A stretch of DNA of 64,000 bases from an uncultured Eubacteriales bacterium (GCA_934486455.1 CAKSPR010000004.1:2283-66282), one strand, 5' to 3'. Shown: positions 1 to 9,651, counted from the first letter of the stretch. A program made the numbers and translations. Notes: generated by a model not told the origin, from the letters alone.

Positions 1-752
1 ATCTTGCCGACCCCTCCCCCACAAGCGTTTTGGTCATCTATTTTATCGGAAAAGGGATCGGAAATACCTCGGCCTCGAAAAAGCTCATGTCTCTTGCCGA
101 AAAACGCGGAAGTCTCTTAAAGCTCGGACGCCTTTCCCGAAGCGATCTGATAAAGCTTTTGTGCAAGGGCGCGGCAAATCGCGGTTGCTCCATGTCGACG
201 GGAGCGGCATCGCTGCTTATAGACTATTGCGGAGACGATTTGAACGCCTTAAACCGCGAGCTTGAAAAGCTTTGCGCCTACGCCGGCAACCGACAGATAG
301 CCGACGGTGACATAAAACTGCTCTGCCCGAAAAGCATAACCGAAGACGCCTTTGATATGATAAGGGCCATAAATTCCGGCAATATAAGCGGTGCTTTGAC
401 GGTGCTCGGATGCCTTTTCACTGCACGGGAAGAGCCTCAGGCCATTTTCGGTGCACTGGTTTATTCCTATATCAATCTTTTCAGGGTTGTATCGGCGAAA
501 AAGAGCCGCATAAGCCTTGATGAGGCGGCAAAAAGGTTTAACATGAAAAGCGCCTATCCCCTTATAAAATCGAAAAGAGAGGCTGAAAGCCTCGGCACAG
601 ACAAGATAAAGCAGTGTCTGCTCACCCTCGATCTTTGCGACAAAAGTCTCAAATCCGCCGCCGACAGCCGCCTGCTTCTTGAAGAGACCCTTGTAAAGCT
701 TTACCGCATTTCCACGGGAAAGGACAGCGAAAAAAGCGGTGGAGCGGTATGA
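1..752 (+). CDS. holA: DNA polymerase III delta subunit (HolA), C-terminal part. The gene is 5'-truncated by the window edge and the frame is open back to position 3.
   Basis: 240 aa ORF open to the window start. C-terminal helical domain composition is typical of HolA domain III. No start context is visible. Confidence 0.55.
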   Translation, partial: LADPSPTSVLVIYFIGKGIGNTSASKKLMSLAEKRGSLLKLGRLSRSDLIKLLCKGAANRGCSMSTGAASLLIDYCGDDLNALNRELEKLCAYAGNRQIADGDIKLLCPKSITEDAFDMIRAINSGNISGALTVLGCLFTAREEPQAIFGALVYSYINLFRVVSAKKSRISLDEAAKRFNMKSAYPLIKSKREAESLGTDKIKQCLLTLDLCDKSLKSAADSRLLLEETLVKLYRISTGKDSEKSGGAV

Positions 753-1351
753 TAAAGCTTAAAGAGGCAATAATTGTCGAGGGGAAATACGATAAAATAA
801 AACTGTCGTCCATTGTCGACGGACTGATAATCACCACCGACGGCTTCGGCATTTTTAAAGACAGGGAAAAGCGGGAGCTTATAAGGCTTTTGGCAAAAAA
901 GCGGGGTATAATAATTCTCACAGACAGCGACAGCGCGGGATTTCTCATTCGTTCCCATATCAAGGGCTTTGTAACCGAGGGAGAAATAAAAAATGTCTTT
1001 GTCCCCGATATTTTCGGAAAGGAAAAGCGCAAAACCGCTCCCTCAAAGGAAGGGAAGCTGGGAGTTGAGGGCATAAGCCGAGAAATCCTTGAAAGCGCCC
1101 TTGAAAAAGCGGGCGTCATAAATCGGCAGGAGCAAAACAAAGGGCTAAGCGATCAACCGAAACAACGGCAGGTCACAAAAACCGACCTTTTTGAGGACGG
1201 ACTTTCGGGAAAAGCCGACAGTAAGGCAAAACGCGCCCTGCTTTTATCGCAGCTGGATCTTCCCGAGCACATGAGCACAAACACCCTTCTCGAAGCAATA
1301 AACGCCCTTTATTCTTATGAGGAATATAAGCAGGCTCTTTCCCGCATATAA
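749..1351 (+). CDS. Toprim-domain protein, RNase M5-like (5S rRNA maturase family)
   Basis: The N-terminal IIVEGKYD and TDSDSAGFLIR motifs resemble the RNase M5 Toprim core (IVVEGKDD / TDPDFPGEKIR). The start overlaps the holA stop by 4 bp. Confidence 0.55.
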   Translation: MIKLKEAIIVEGKYDKIKLSSIVDGLIITTDGFGIFKDREKRELIRLLAKKRGIIILTDSDSAGFLIRSHIKGFVTEGEIKNVFVPDIFGKEKRKTAPSKEGKLGVEGISREILESALEKAGVINRQEQNKGLSDQPKQRQVTKTDLFEDGLSGKADSKAKRALLLSQLDLPEHMSTNTLLEAINALYSYEEYKQALSRI

Positions 1352-1385
1352 CAGACAACCGATTACCCTCCCCCTTAAACCATCT

Positions 1386-1417
1386 CCCGCCGTTCGATCT
1401 TCGGCGGGTTTTAATTT
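1386..1417 (+). terminator. Rho-independent terminator after the Toprim gene
   Basis: Hairpin cccgccg-ttcgatct-cggcggg followed by ttttaattt. Confidence 0.6.
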
Positions 1418-1429
1418 AATACTGTTATT

Positions 1430-1465
1430 AAAAAAACCGGCGTTTCGTCAAAAGCGAAACGCCGG
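1430..1465 (-). terminator. Rho-independent terminator of the PFOR gene
   Basis: 11-bp stem ccggcgtttcg / cgaaacgccgg, with an A7 run on the plus strand that gives a U-run on the minus transcript. It is convergent with the previous terminator. Confidence 0.65.
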
Positions 1466-1496
1466 TTTAATATTATGAGAAAGCCTTTACGGGAAA

Positions 1497-4400
1497 TTAT
1501 TTGCCCTCGCTGAGCTTAACGAGATGCTCGTATTTCTCCTTGGCGGTTGCCTCTGCCTCGGCAAACAGCTCCTTGGCGCGCTCGGGGAAGGCTCTTTCAA
1601 GGGAGGTGTAACGAACCTCGCCGTGAATAAAGTCGTCGTAGGAAGCGGAGGGAGCCTTGGAATCGAGGTGGAAGGGATTTTCGCCCTTTTCGGCCTTGCG
1701 GGGATCATAGCGGAAGTTAAACCAGTATCCTGCCTGAACAGCAGCCTTTTCCTCGGCCTGACTTGCGCCCATGCCCTTGCGGATACCGTGGTTGATGCAG
1801 GGAGCGTAAGCAATGATAATGGAGGGGCCGTGATAGCTCTCGGCCTCGTGGAAGGCCTTGAGGCACTGGTTGTAATCGGCGCCCATTGCAACCTGAGCAA
1901 CATAAACATATCCGTAGCTCATTGCGATTGCGGCAAGATCCTTCTTCTTGACCTGCTTACCTGCGGCGGCAAACTGTGCCACTGCGCCGGTAGGAGTAGA
2001 CTTGGAGGCCTGTCCGCCGGTGTTGGAATAAACCTCGGTATCGAATACGAGAATGTTAACATCCTCGTTCTGAGCGATAACATGGTCGAGTCCGCCGAAG
2101 CCGATGTCGTAAGCCCAGCCGTCGCCGCCCAAAATCCACATGGATTTCTTGGCGAGATAGTCGGAATTTTCTTTAAGCTCCTTAACGGCTTCACACTTGC
2201 ATTTGCTCTTTGCAAGCTCGGCCTTGAAGGCCTCTGCGGCGGGTGCGTTCTTAACGCCGTCGTCCATTGTATCAAGCCATTCCTTTGCGGCGGTTTTAAG
2301 ACCGTCGTTGTCGGAGTTTTCAATGACATACTGAGCATGGCGTGCAAGACGCTCGCGGAGGGTCTTGTTGGCAAGCATCATGCCGAAGCCATACTCGGCG
2401 TTATCCTCAAAGAGGGAGTTTGCCCATGCGGGACCGTGGCCCTTTTCGTTTACGGTGTAGGGGGTAGAGGGAGCAGAACCGCCCCAAATGGAAGAGCAGC
2501 CGGTGGCGTTGGCAATATACATTCTGTCACCGAAAAGCTGGGTCGCAAGCTTGGCATAGGGAGTTTCTCCGCATCCCGCACAAGCACCCGAGAACTCGAG
2601 AAGGGGCTGTTTGAACTGGCTGCCCTTAACAGTAGTGTCGGCAAATTTTGCGGCGACCTCTGCCTTTTTGGGCAGCTTCTGACCGTAATAGAAGTTTTCC
2701 TGTTCCGAAAGCTGGGTGTCCAGCGGCTCCATTTCAAGAGCCTTGTTGCCCTTCATGCTGGGGCAAACCTGGGCGCAAACACCGCAGCCGGTGCAGTCGA
2801 GAGCAGAAACAGTCATTGCGAATTTCATGCCGGCAAGACCGGTCATGTCCTTTGTCTTCATGCCTGCGGGAGCCTTTTTGGCCTCCTCCTCGGTCATGGC
2901 AACCGGACGGATTACGGCATGGGGGCATACATAGGAGCAGAAGTTACACTGGATGCAGTTTTCGGGAATCCACTTGGGAACATTAACGGCGATTCCGCGT
3001 TTTTCAAGAGCGGCGCTGCCCAGGGGGAATGTACCGTCGGCCGACTCCACAAAGGTGGAAACGGGAAGCTTGTCTCCGCGCTGTGCATTAACGGGGGTAA
3101 GAATTTTTTCCTCGTATTCTTTAAGAACGGGAGTCTCGGCAAGCACTGTCTTTTCAACAGCCTCGTCGACAGCGGTCTTCCAGGCGGCGGGAACAGTAAC
3201 CTTGGAGAAGCCGTTGATTCCGCGGTCGATGGCGGCATGGTTCATGGCAACGACCTTTTCACCCTTCTTGCCGTAGGACTTGGTTGCAGCCTCCTTCATA
3301 AGGGTAACTGCCTTGTCGGCGGGGATGATTTTGGAAAGGGCAAAGAATGCGGCCTGGAGAATGGTGTTGGTGCGGTTTCCGAGACCCAGCTCCATTGCAA
3401 TGTGGGTAGCGTCGATGGTGTAGAATTTAATGTTGTTCTTGGCAATGTACTGCTTCATCTTGGCAGGGAGATGCTTGTCAAGCTCTTCGCCGGTCCATGA
3501 GCAGTTGAGCAGGAAGGTGCCGCCCTTTTTGATGTCCTCAACAATGTCGTATTTGTCGACATAGGAGGGGTTGTGACAGGCGACAAAATCGGCCTGGTTG
3601 ATGTAATAGGTGGAGGTTATGGGCTTTTTACCGAATCTTAAATGGGAGATGGTAACGCCGCCCGACTTTTTGGAGTCGTAGGCAAAATAGCCCTGAGCAT
3701 AAAGGTCGGTGTTGTCGCCGATAATTTTGATGGAGTTCTTGTTTGCGCCGACGGTGCCGTCCGAGCCGAGTCCCCAGAATTTGCAGGATGTCGTTCCCTT
3801 GGGGGTGGTGTCGGGACGCTCTTTTTCTTTAAGAGAGAGCTTGGTAACATCGTCCTCAATGCCGATTGTGAAGCGCTTTTTGGGGGACTTTGCGTCCATG
3901 TTGCGGTAAACAGCGATAATCTGGGAAGGAGTGGTGTCCTTGGAGCCGAGACCGTAACGGCCGGTGTATACCGGAACATCGGCAAACTTGGTGTCCTTAA
4001 GAGCGGCAACAATATCAAGATAAAGGGGCTCGCCGATGGAGCCGGGCTCCTTGGTGCGGTCGAGAACGCTTATCTTCTTGACGGTCTTGGGCATAGCGGC
4101 AAGCAGATGCTTAACCGAGAAGGGACGGTAAAGATGAACCTTGATAAGTCCGACCTTTTCGCCGTTTTTATTGAGATAGTCAATGGTCTCCTCAATGGTA
4201 TTACATACCGAGCCCATGGCGACAATAACCTTTTCGGCATCTCTTGCGCCGTAGTAGTTAAAGAGCTTATATTTTGTGCCGAGCTTTTCGTTAACGGCCT
4301 TCATATAATCCTCAACAACACCCACAGCTTTGTCATAGTAGACATTGGAGGCTTCTCTTGCCTGGAAGAAAATATCGGGGTTCTGAGCGGTTCCGCGCTG

Positions 4401-5042
4401 TACGGGATGCTCGGGGTTAAGGGCGCGACGGCGGAAGGCATTTACGGCATCGTGGTCGAGCAGCTCATCGAGATCCTTATAATCCCAAACGGAAATTTTC
4501 TGAATTTCGTGGGAGGTACGGAAACCGTCGAAGAAATGGAGGAAGGGCACTCTGCCTTTAATGGCCGCAAGATGAGCCACGGCGCCGAGATCCATAACCT
4601 CCTGGGGGTTATTGGAACATAGCATTGCATAACCGGTCTGACGGCAGGCATAAATATCCGAATGATCGCCGAAAATCGAAAGTGCATGACTTGCGAGGGC
4701 ACGCGCCGAAACATGAATTACGCCGGGAAGCAGCTCGCCCGCCATTTTGTACATGTTGGGGATCATCAAAAGAAGTCCCTGAGACGCAGTGTAGGTGGTG
4801 GTCAGAGCGCCTGCCGCAAGAGAGCCGTGTACGGCGCCGGAAGCACCGGCCTCGGACTGCATTTCCGAAACCTTAACCTCTTGACCGAAAAGGTTTTTCT
4901 GACCGGCCGCCGACATTTTATCGGTTTCCTCAGCCATATTGGACGAGGGGGTTATGGGGTAAATAGCAGCGACATCGGTAAAAGCGTATGATACATACGC
5001 GGCAGCGCTGTTACCGTCCATAGTTTTTGTTTTTCTGGACAT
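1497..5042 (-). CDS. nifJ: Pyruvate:ferredoxin (flavodoxin) oxidoreductase, PFOR (~1181 aa)
   Basis: The N-terminus MSRKTKTMDGNSAAAYVSYAFTDVAAIYPITPSS, the TPP-binding GGDGW...GFGG motif and two 4Fe-4S CxxCxxCxxxCP motifs are all recognisable. The RBS GAGAGGAAG lies 7 nt upstream of the ATG at 5042; the ORF track's upstream extension is not used. Confidence 0.95.
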   Translation of the reverse strand: MSRKTKTMDGNSAAAYVSYAFTDVAAIYPITPSSNMAEETDKMSAAGQKNLFGQEVKVSEMQSEAGASGAVHGSLAAGALTTTYTASQGLLLMIPNMYKMAGELLPGVIHVSARALASHALSIFGDHSDIYACRQTGYAMLCSNNPQEVMDLGAVAHLAAIKGRVPFLHFFDGFRTSHEIQKISVWDYKDLDELLDHDAVNAFRRRALNPEHPVQRGTAQNPDIFFQAREASNVYYDKAVGVVEDYMKAVNEKLGTKYKLFNYYGARDAEKVIVAMGSVCNTIEETIDYLNKNGEKVGLIKVHLYRPFSVKHLLAAMPKTVKKISVLDRTKEPGSIGEPLYLDIVAALKDTKFADVPVYTGRYGLGSKDTTPSQIIAVYRNMDAKSPKKRFTIGIEDDVTKLSLKEKERPDTTPKGTTSCKFWGLGSDGTVGANKNSIKIIGDNTDLYAQGYFAYDSKKSGGVTISHLRFGKKPITSTYYINQADFVACHNPSYVDKYDIVEDIKKGGTFLLNCSWTGEELDKHLPAKMKQYIAKNNIKFYTIDATHIAMELGLGNRTNTILQAAFFALSKIIPADKAVTLMKEAATKSYGKKGEKVVAMNHAAIDRGINGFSKVTVPAAWKTAVDEAVEKTVLAETPVLKEYEEKILTPVNAQRGDKLPVSTFVESADGTFPLGSAALEKRGIAVNVPKWIPENCIQCNFCSYVCPHAVIRPVAMTEEEAKKAPAGMKTKDMTGLAGMKFAMTVSALDCTGCGVCAQVCPSMKGNKALEMEPLDTQLSEQENFYYGQKLPKKAEVAAKFADTTVKGSQFKQPLLEFSGACAGCGETPYAKLATQLFGDRMYIANATGCSSIWGGSAPSTPYTVNEKGHGPAWANSLFEDNAEYGFGMMLANKTLRERLARHAQYVIENSDNDGLKTAAKEWLDTMDDGVKNAPAAEAFKAELAKSKCKCEAVKELKENSDYLAKKSMWILGGDGWAYDIGFGGLDHVIAQNEDVNILVFDTEVYSNTGGQASKSTPTGAVAQFAAAGKQVKKKDLAAIAMSYGYVYVAQVAMGADYNQCLKAFHEAESYHGPSIIIAYAPCINHGIRKGMGASQAEEKAAVQAGYWFNFRYDPRKAEKGENPFHLDSKAPSASYDDFIHGEVRYTSLERAFPERAKELFAEAEATAKEKYEHLVKLSEGK

Positions 5043-5096
5043 ATTTATCTTCCTCTCTATAATAATAAGTTGTAACATAGAATAAGACCAAATGAT

Positions 5097-5125
5097 ATAA
5101 TACCATTTTTCTGCTCGGTTGTAAA
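5097..5125 (-). promoter_or_regulatory. Sigma-A-type promoter of PFOR: TTTACA, 17-nt spacer, TATTAT, with a TG-extended -10
   Basis: On the minus strand the sequence reads tttacaaccgagcagaaaaatggtattat, which leaves a leader of about 45 nt to the ATG. Confidence 0.5.
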
Positions 5126-5261
5126 TAGTTTTGGGCGATTTTTTTGCAATAAGGTGCAGAAAAAAGTCGGCTCAAAACCCTCAACCGACAAGGGTCGAAT
5201 TCCCCACGCCTTTTTCTCCCCTTCGGTTTATTGCCGCAGTCTTAAATGCTTTCTCCCCACC

Positions 5262-5400
5262 TCCGCAGCCCGTTCGCTTTTTCGCTTTTCTTTTTTCGAA
5301 TTTTTCGCCTTTCCCGCTTTTTCGGCTTTTGATTTTTCGGATTTTTTGCCTTCCCCGTTTTTTCGGTTTTTGATTTTTCGCTTTTCCCGTTCACAAAAAA
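5262..5400. repeat. Degenerate short tandem repeat array: about 11 units of 8-17 nt, each ending in TTTTTCG(G), with units such as CTTTTTCGG and CTTTCCCG
   Basis: Direct reading of the sequence between the PFOR promoter and the dockerin-protein terminator. On the minus strand the units read as CCGAAAAAG-like. Confidence 0.7.
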
Positions 5401-5450
5401 ACGGAACAAACCCGAAAAGCTCGAATTTGTCCCGTTTTTGGCTGCGAGCA
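5401..5450. terminator. Hairpin aaacggaacaaa...tttgtcccgttt: a 12-bp stem with 1 mismatch and a 15-nt loop, flanked by an A-run and a T-run. It is a bidirectional terminator-like element.
   Basis: Inverted repeat seen directly in the sequence. Confidence 0.4.
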
Positions 5451-5476
5451 GCTTTACAAAGGCTCTTTAAAATAAC

Positions 5477-5510
5477 AAAAAAACTCCCGCGAAAGTTATT
5501 TTCGCGGGAG
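5477..5510 (-). terminator. Rho-independent terminator of the dockerin-peptidase gene
   Basis: Perfect 11-bp stem ctcccgcgaaa / tttcgcgggag with loop gttat. An A7 run on the plus strand gives a U-run on the minus transcript. Confidence 0.75.
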
Positions 5511-5591
5511 GCTTAAAGCTTTAACCTTTTCAATTTTTACAACTCAGAAGCAAACCTCTTTTGCAGCGTCTTAAAGCAAACTTAATCCGGC

Positions 5592-7055
5592 CTACCCCGC
5601 GCCCACGACCAATTGAAGGATCGTTAAAGCGTCGCCTGAGGTGATAATTCCGTCGCCGTCGGCGTCGGCGCACTGTATGTCGATTTGGGAAACGGGGGTC
5701 AATCCCACAATGTACTGAAGAAGGACAAGGGCGTCGCTTGAGGAAATCTGACCGTTACCGTCCACATCTCCTACCGCGCGTCCGCTGTCGATATGATCGG
5801 CGTAGTCGAGGCATATATACCCCGCCTGTCCGTTATGATCTATCTTGCCCCAGTTGCCTACCGTCTCATAAACCGTGACCTCAGTCCCGTTTGAAAGACC
5901 GCCGATTACATCCGACTCGGTTGTCGGCTGCAGACGCACATTTATGCCGTTGCTCGAGCGCACCGAGTATTTCCCGAGCCTGTATCTCGATTCTCCGTTG
6001 ACCTGAACATCAAAGCTCGCCGAAAATCCCCACATGGAAACGGTTATGGTGCGCGTACCGGGAGAGGAGCTGTAGCCCGACAGCTCAAATCCCGAGGAAA
6101 AAAGCTCGCTTGTGCCGTCGGAATAGTTCATTCTTATTACAAGACCGCTTCCGTCGAAGCTTTCGCCCTGCTCATACACGGTTTTATCGGGAGGCGAGAT
6201 GATCTCCATGCTGAGGGTATAGACCCTGTCGGCTATTTTATTTGTATATTTGAGACATATCCATCCGTCGGCTCCGTTATAGGAAACTTTTCCCCATTCT
6301 CCCGAAATCTCGCTGACATCCACCTCCGCGCCGTTTGCTATCCATCCTATTCTGCCGTAATCGGTGGAGGGGCCGCTTCGCAGATTGACCCCGTCGGAGG
6401 ATTTTATGGAATACCGTCCGGCAGTATATCCGTTTTCACTGCTGTTTCCGCCGCCGCCCGCGCCGTGAGGGCCTTTATATACGATTACATTTGCGCCGAC
6501 CCCAGCCTCGTCGTAATAAAAGAGGTCGGTAATATCGTTTGAAGCGGGATCCATGACATAAACCTTGCCGTTTTCCACCTTTTCGACCGCCACATAGTGG
6601 CCGTAATATTTAACCGAGCATACCACCATACAGCCGCTGTCGAGAAAGGCTTTTATCTGAGAGATTTTCTCGTCCTTTGTTCCCGAAACATTCGTCCATT
6701 TTTCCAGCGTAAAATTTGAGACATATTCGCAGGGCTTGCCCCAGTATATATCTCCCGATGAGGTGAACCCCCCGTGGGATTTAAGGTAGTTGCAAAGCAC
6801 CCCGGGATTGAAAACCGAGGTATCCCTCGACACCGCTCCCGAGTATGCCATAACCTTGGCCACCGAGGTCAGGGCACATCCCACCCTTGCCACGGTGTAG
6901 CTGTCGTTATATCCAAAGCCGATAGAACCCCAGCGGGAATCGGTCTGAAGCCAGGTTTTATAGTTATCATCACTTGCAAGGGCGGCGGTTGAAAGGCCGA
7001 CAGTCATAATAACAAGCGCCGTTAAAAAGGCTATGATTCTTTTTTTCAACTCCAT
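5592..7055 (-). CDS. Secreted multidomain protein: signal peptide, a peptidase C39-like (papain-fold) cysteine peptidase domain, two bacterial SH3 domains, an Ig-like domain and a C-terminal type-I dockerin
   Basis: The signal peptide is MELKKRIIAFLTALVIMTVGLSTAALA, with RBS AAGGAGGG before the ATG at 7055. The C39-like motif is WLQTDSRWGS...VARVGCALTSVAKVMAY. SH3b-like segments include GRYSIKSSDGVNLRSGPS...WGKV. The dockerin duplicated Ca-binding repeat is DVDGNGQISSSDALVLLQYIVG...DADGDGIITSGDALTILQLVVG. Confidence 0.75.
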   Translation of the reverse strand: MELKKRIIAFLTALVIMTVGLSTAALASDDNYKTWLQTDSRWGSIGFGYNDSYTVARVGCALTSVAKVMAYSGAVSRDTSVFNPGVLCNYLKSHGGFTSSGDIYWGKPCEYVSNFTLEKWTNVSGTKDEKISQIKAFLDSGCMVVCSVKYYGHYVAVEKVENGKVYVMDPASNDITDLFYYDEAGVGANVIVYKGPHGAGGGGNSSENGYTAGRYSIKSSDGVNLRSGPSTDYGRIGWIANGAEVDVSEISGEWGKVSYNGADGWICLKYTNKIADRVYTLSMEIISPPDKTVYEQGESFDGSGLVIRMNYSDGTSELFSSGFELSGYSSSPGTRTITVSMWGFSASFDVQVNGESRYRLGKYSVRSSNGINVRLQPTTESDVIGGLSNGTEVTVYETVGNWGKIDHNGQAGYICLDYADHIDSGRAVGDVDGNGQISSSDALVLLQYIVGLTPVSQIDIQCADADGDGIITSGDALTILQLVVGAG

Positions 7056-7449
7056 CCCTCCTTTGACCGTAATAACACGGATGACATTGCAATAACACGG
7101 GATGACAGGATGACGCCTGTGACTTATCAATTCATCTCAATCCCATTGGTTACAATAATGTTACCCATATATTTTAAACGCTGTTTTGACGAAAGTCAAG
7201 GGATTTTGCCGTTTTTCCTTACATTGCCACGGTTTGTATACAATAAGAGCGGCAAAAACCGAAAAGGGCGGCAAACAACGTGAATGTGTTTCAATTTTTC
7301 GGGCGTTTTTTGAAAAAGCGGCCTTTATCGATTGTTAAACGCAAAAAATATCATAAAAAAACAACTTTACCATTGATTTTTTTAACCAAATGTGATATAA
7401 GGTAAACGATAAGCGACTTTATATAAGTCTGTTAAAGGATGTGTAACCA

Positions 7450-9435
7450 ATGGCATTAAATCACAAAACAACAAAAGAGGATATGGAAACCCGTATGGGC
7501 ATTCTTCCTTACCGCACACGTAAGGACATTCCCATTTCCTTTGTCTACGACGGCAAAAAATACGAGGGCTTTTCCGACGACATGAACCCGAGAAAGTGTT
7601 TCCGCCGTCTCGACAGCAACCTGACCCTCACCACCGTCACCGCAAATCTCGACTGCCTTGAAATCCGCGTTGAATACATAGAATACAAGGATTTCCCCGT
7701 AACCGAGTGGGTGGCATTCTTCGAGAACACCTCAAAGGAAAAATCAAAAATTCTTTCCGACTTCCGCATCGGCGCAGGCGTTGTCAAAACCGACGACGAT
7801 GTTGCCCTGACCTACTCCAACGGTGACGACGGAAGCAACATGGGCTATGAATATTTTGAAAATGACCTTAAAGCCCCCTTTGTCCTTCATCCCAACGACA
7901 CCGGTTGCTCCTGCGCCGGCGCATCTCCCTTTATGAGACTGCACGGCAGCACCGGCGGCATAAATATCGCCGTAGGCTGGACCGGCACATGGATAGCCGA
8001 ATTTGAAAAGGTTGAAGGCGGCGTAAAGGTGGCCTTCGGCCAGAAGCGCTGCCACATGGTGCTTAATCCCGGCGAGGTTATGAGAACTCCCCGCGTCAAC
8101 TTCGAAGGCTATGTGGGAGACGAAGCCCATGGAAGAAATATGTGGCGCCGCTTCTTTATGAAGCACATCTGCGTTAAGGATCCCGACGGCCACACCCTTC
8201 CCCCCAAGCTTTGCATGCATGTTTTCAACGCCGACGGCTTCCCCGAGTTCACCGGAGCCACCGAAGAAAACCAGCTCAGAGGTATCCGCTCTTACATTAA
8301 GGAGGGCGTCAAGCCCGATATTTGGTGGATCGACGCAGGCTGGTATGTCTGCGGAGACCACGACTGGCCGCTTATCGGCACATGGGAGGTCAACAAGGCT
8401 AACTTCCCGAGCGGCCTTGCTCCCATCGGCGAGGAATGCAAAAAGAACGACATTCAGCTGCTGCTTTGGTTTGAGCCCGAGCGCGTTGTAGCAGGCACAT
8501 GGCTCGAGCAGAACCATCCCGAGTGGCTGCTTCACCGCGCCGATCCCAACGACCCCAACATTCTCTTCAACTATGCCAATCCCGAGGCTCTCGAATGGAT
8601 GACCGAGCGCATCAACAAGATAATCAAGGAGTCGGGCGTTAACATCTACCGCCAGGATTTCAACTACGATCCCCGTCCCTCCTGGGAATTCCACGAGACC
8701 GAGGACAGAATCGGCGCAATCGAAAACCTTCACATTCAGGGATATTACAAGCTTTGGGATGAGATCATTCTCCGCAATCCCGGTCTGTGGATAGATTCCT
8801 GTGCCTCGGGCGGCCGCAGAAACGACCCCGAGACCCTTCGCCGCGCCGTTCCGCTCCACTATACCGATGTTGAATACGGTGTACATCCCGTTAAGCAGAA
8901 GCAGCACCGCTATATGTTCGAGTGGATTCCCTATTTCCGCGCCCACAACATGAGCTGGGACAATCCCGAGGGACTTTATTATCAGCCCAATGCAGGCCGT
9001 CCGGTGGACGAATTCGCATATCAGGCCGCCATGGCTCCCGCTCTTACCGACATGATCGAATGGAATGCCCCCGAGGAGTCCTTCGACCTTGCCCGCCATA
9101 TGCACCCAATTTGGCGCAGAGCGGCCGCAATCATGACCAAGGCCGACTACTATCCCCTCACCGTCTGCCGCAAGAATCCCGAGGATTATTATGCCATGGA
9201 ATTCTATAATCCCGACGAGTGCAGCGGGTTCTTCCAGGTGCTTCGCAACACCCAGGTAAAGGAGCCTTCCTTCACCGCCAAGCTCGTTCTCGACGAGACC
9301 AAGGACTACAAGGTTGAAAACACCAAGACCGGCGAAACCAAGGTCATTTCGGGCAAAGAGCTTGCAAACGGCATCGAGATCACCCTCGACAAGCGCTCGG
9401 CCGCCGTTGTTTTCTTCGAAGCAATCAAAGACTGA
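7450..9435 (+). CDS. GH36-like (clan GH-D, melibiase/alpha-galactosidase-type) glycoside hydrolase, paralog A. It has no signal peptide.
   Basis: WWIDAGWY, LLLWFEPERV and IYRQDFNYD parallel the GH36 DDGWF, LWFEPEMV and KWDMN motifs. DSCASGGRRNDPE parallels the GH36 CSGGGGR-D acid/base region. Confidence 0.65.
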   Translation: MALNHKTTKEDMETRMGILPYRTRKDIPISFVYDGKKYEGFSDDMNPRKCFRRLDSNLTLTTVTANLDCLEIRVEYIEYKDFPVTEWVAFFENTSKEKSKILSDFRIGAGVVKTDDDVALTYSNGDDGSNMGYEYFENDLKAPFVLHPNDTGCSCAGASPFMRLHGSTGGINIAVGWTGTWIAEFEKVEGGVKVAFGQKRCHMVLNPGEVMRTPRVNFEGYVGDEAHGRNMWRRFFMKHICVKDPDGHTLPPKLCMHVFNADGFPEFTGATEENQLRGIRSYIKEGVKPDIWWIDAGWYVCGDHDWPLIGTWEVNKANFPSGLAPIGEECKKNDIQLLLWFEPERVVAGTWLEQNHPEWLLHRADPNDPNILFNYANPEALEWMTERINKIIKESGVNIYRQDFNYDPRPSWEFHETEDRIGAIENLHIQGYYKLWDEIILRNPGLWIDSCASGGRRNDPETLRRAVPLHYTDVEYGVHPVKQKQHRYMFEWIPYFRAHNMSWDNPEGLYYQPNAGRPVDEFAYQAAMAPALTDMIEWNAPEESFDLARHMHPIWRRAAAIMTKADYYPLTVCRKNPEDYYAMEFYNPDECSGFFQVLRNTQVKEPSFTAKLVLDETKDYKVENTKTGETKVISGKELANGIEITLDKRSAAVVFFEAIKD

Positions 9436-9533
9436 TTTTTTTACACTGCCTTAACCCTTCGGCAGAGTGTTAAAAGGGCAGTTTTGCAGTTTCACAGCTT
9501 TAAAAATTTTTAATGCAAAAGGCAAAAAATGAA

Positions 9534-9560
9534 GCAAGGCAGTTGCCTTGCAAGGCTTTT
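9534..9560 (+). terminator. Intrinsic terminator between the two GH36-like paralogs
   Basis: Perfect 8-bp stem gcaaggca-gt-tgccttgc followed by aaggcttttt. Confidence 0.5.
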
Positions 9561-9615
9561 TGACAAAAGCACAAGGAATTTTTATGCGAGAAACCAATAC
9601 TGCTCTTTGAACGCA

Positions 9616-9638
9616 CTGCCCCGGTTGGGGCAGTTTTT
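9616..9638 (+). terminator. Second hairpin terminator or attenuator, about 12 nt before the RBS of paralog B
   Basis: ctgcccc-ggtt-ggggcag followed by TTTTT, then AAGGAG and the ATG at 9652. Confidence 0.5.
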
Positions 9639-9651
9639 AAAAGGAGAAAAA

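Noticed and set aside
1524-3500. 658-aa plus-strand ORF
   Set aside because: It lies entirely antisense to the well-supported PFOR gene and has low-complexity G/A/L/V composition with no RBS. This is typical of shadow ORFs in GC-rich coding DNA.
5262-5400. CRISPR array
   Set aside because: The repeat units are only 8-17 nt, degenerate and T-rich, with no unique spacers of regular length. No cas genes are present in the window.
7744-9105. 453-aa ORF on the minus strand, and similar long antisense ORFs at 10264..11313, 20993..22309, 27632..28978, 33288..34391, 34846..36480, 52095..53447, 54610..55191 and 60981..61463
   Set aside because: All of them overlap strongly supported genes on the opposite strand. 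None has a recognisable domain or start context. They are codon-bias shadow ORFs.
9529-9651. In-frame upstream extension of GH36-like paralog B (MKQGSCLARLF...)
   Set aside because: The extension has no RBS and spans two intrinsic terminators. The ATG at 9652 has a good AAGGAG RBS and aligns with the paralog A N-terminus.
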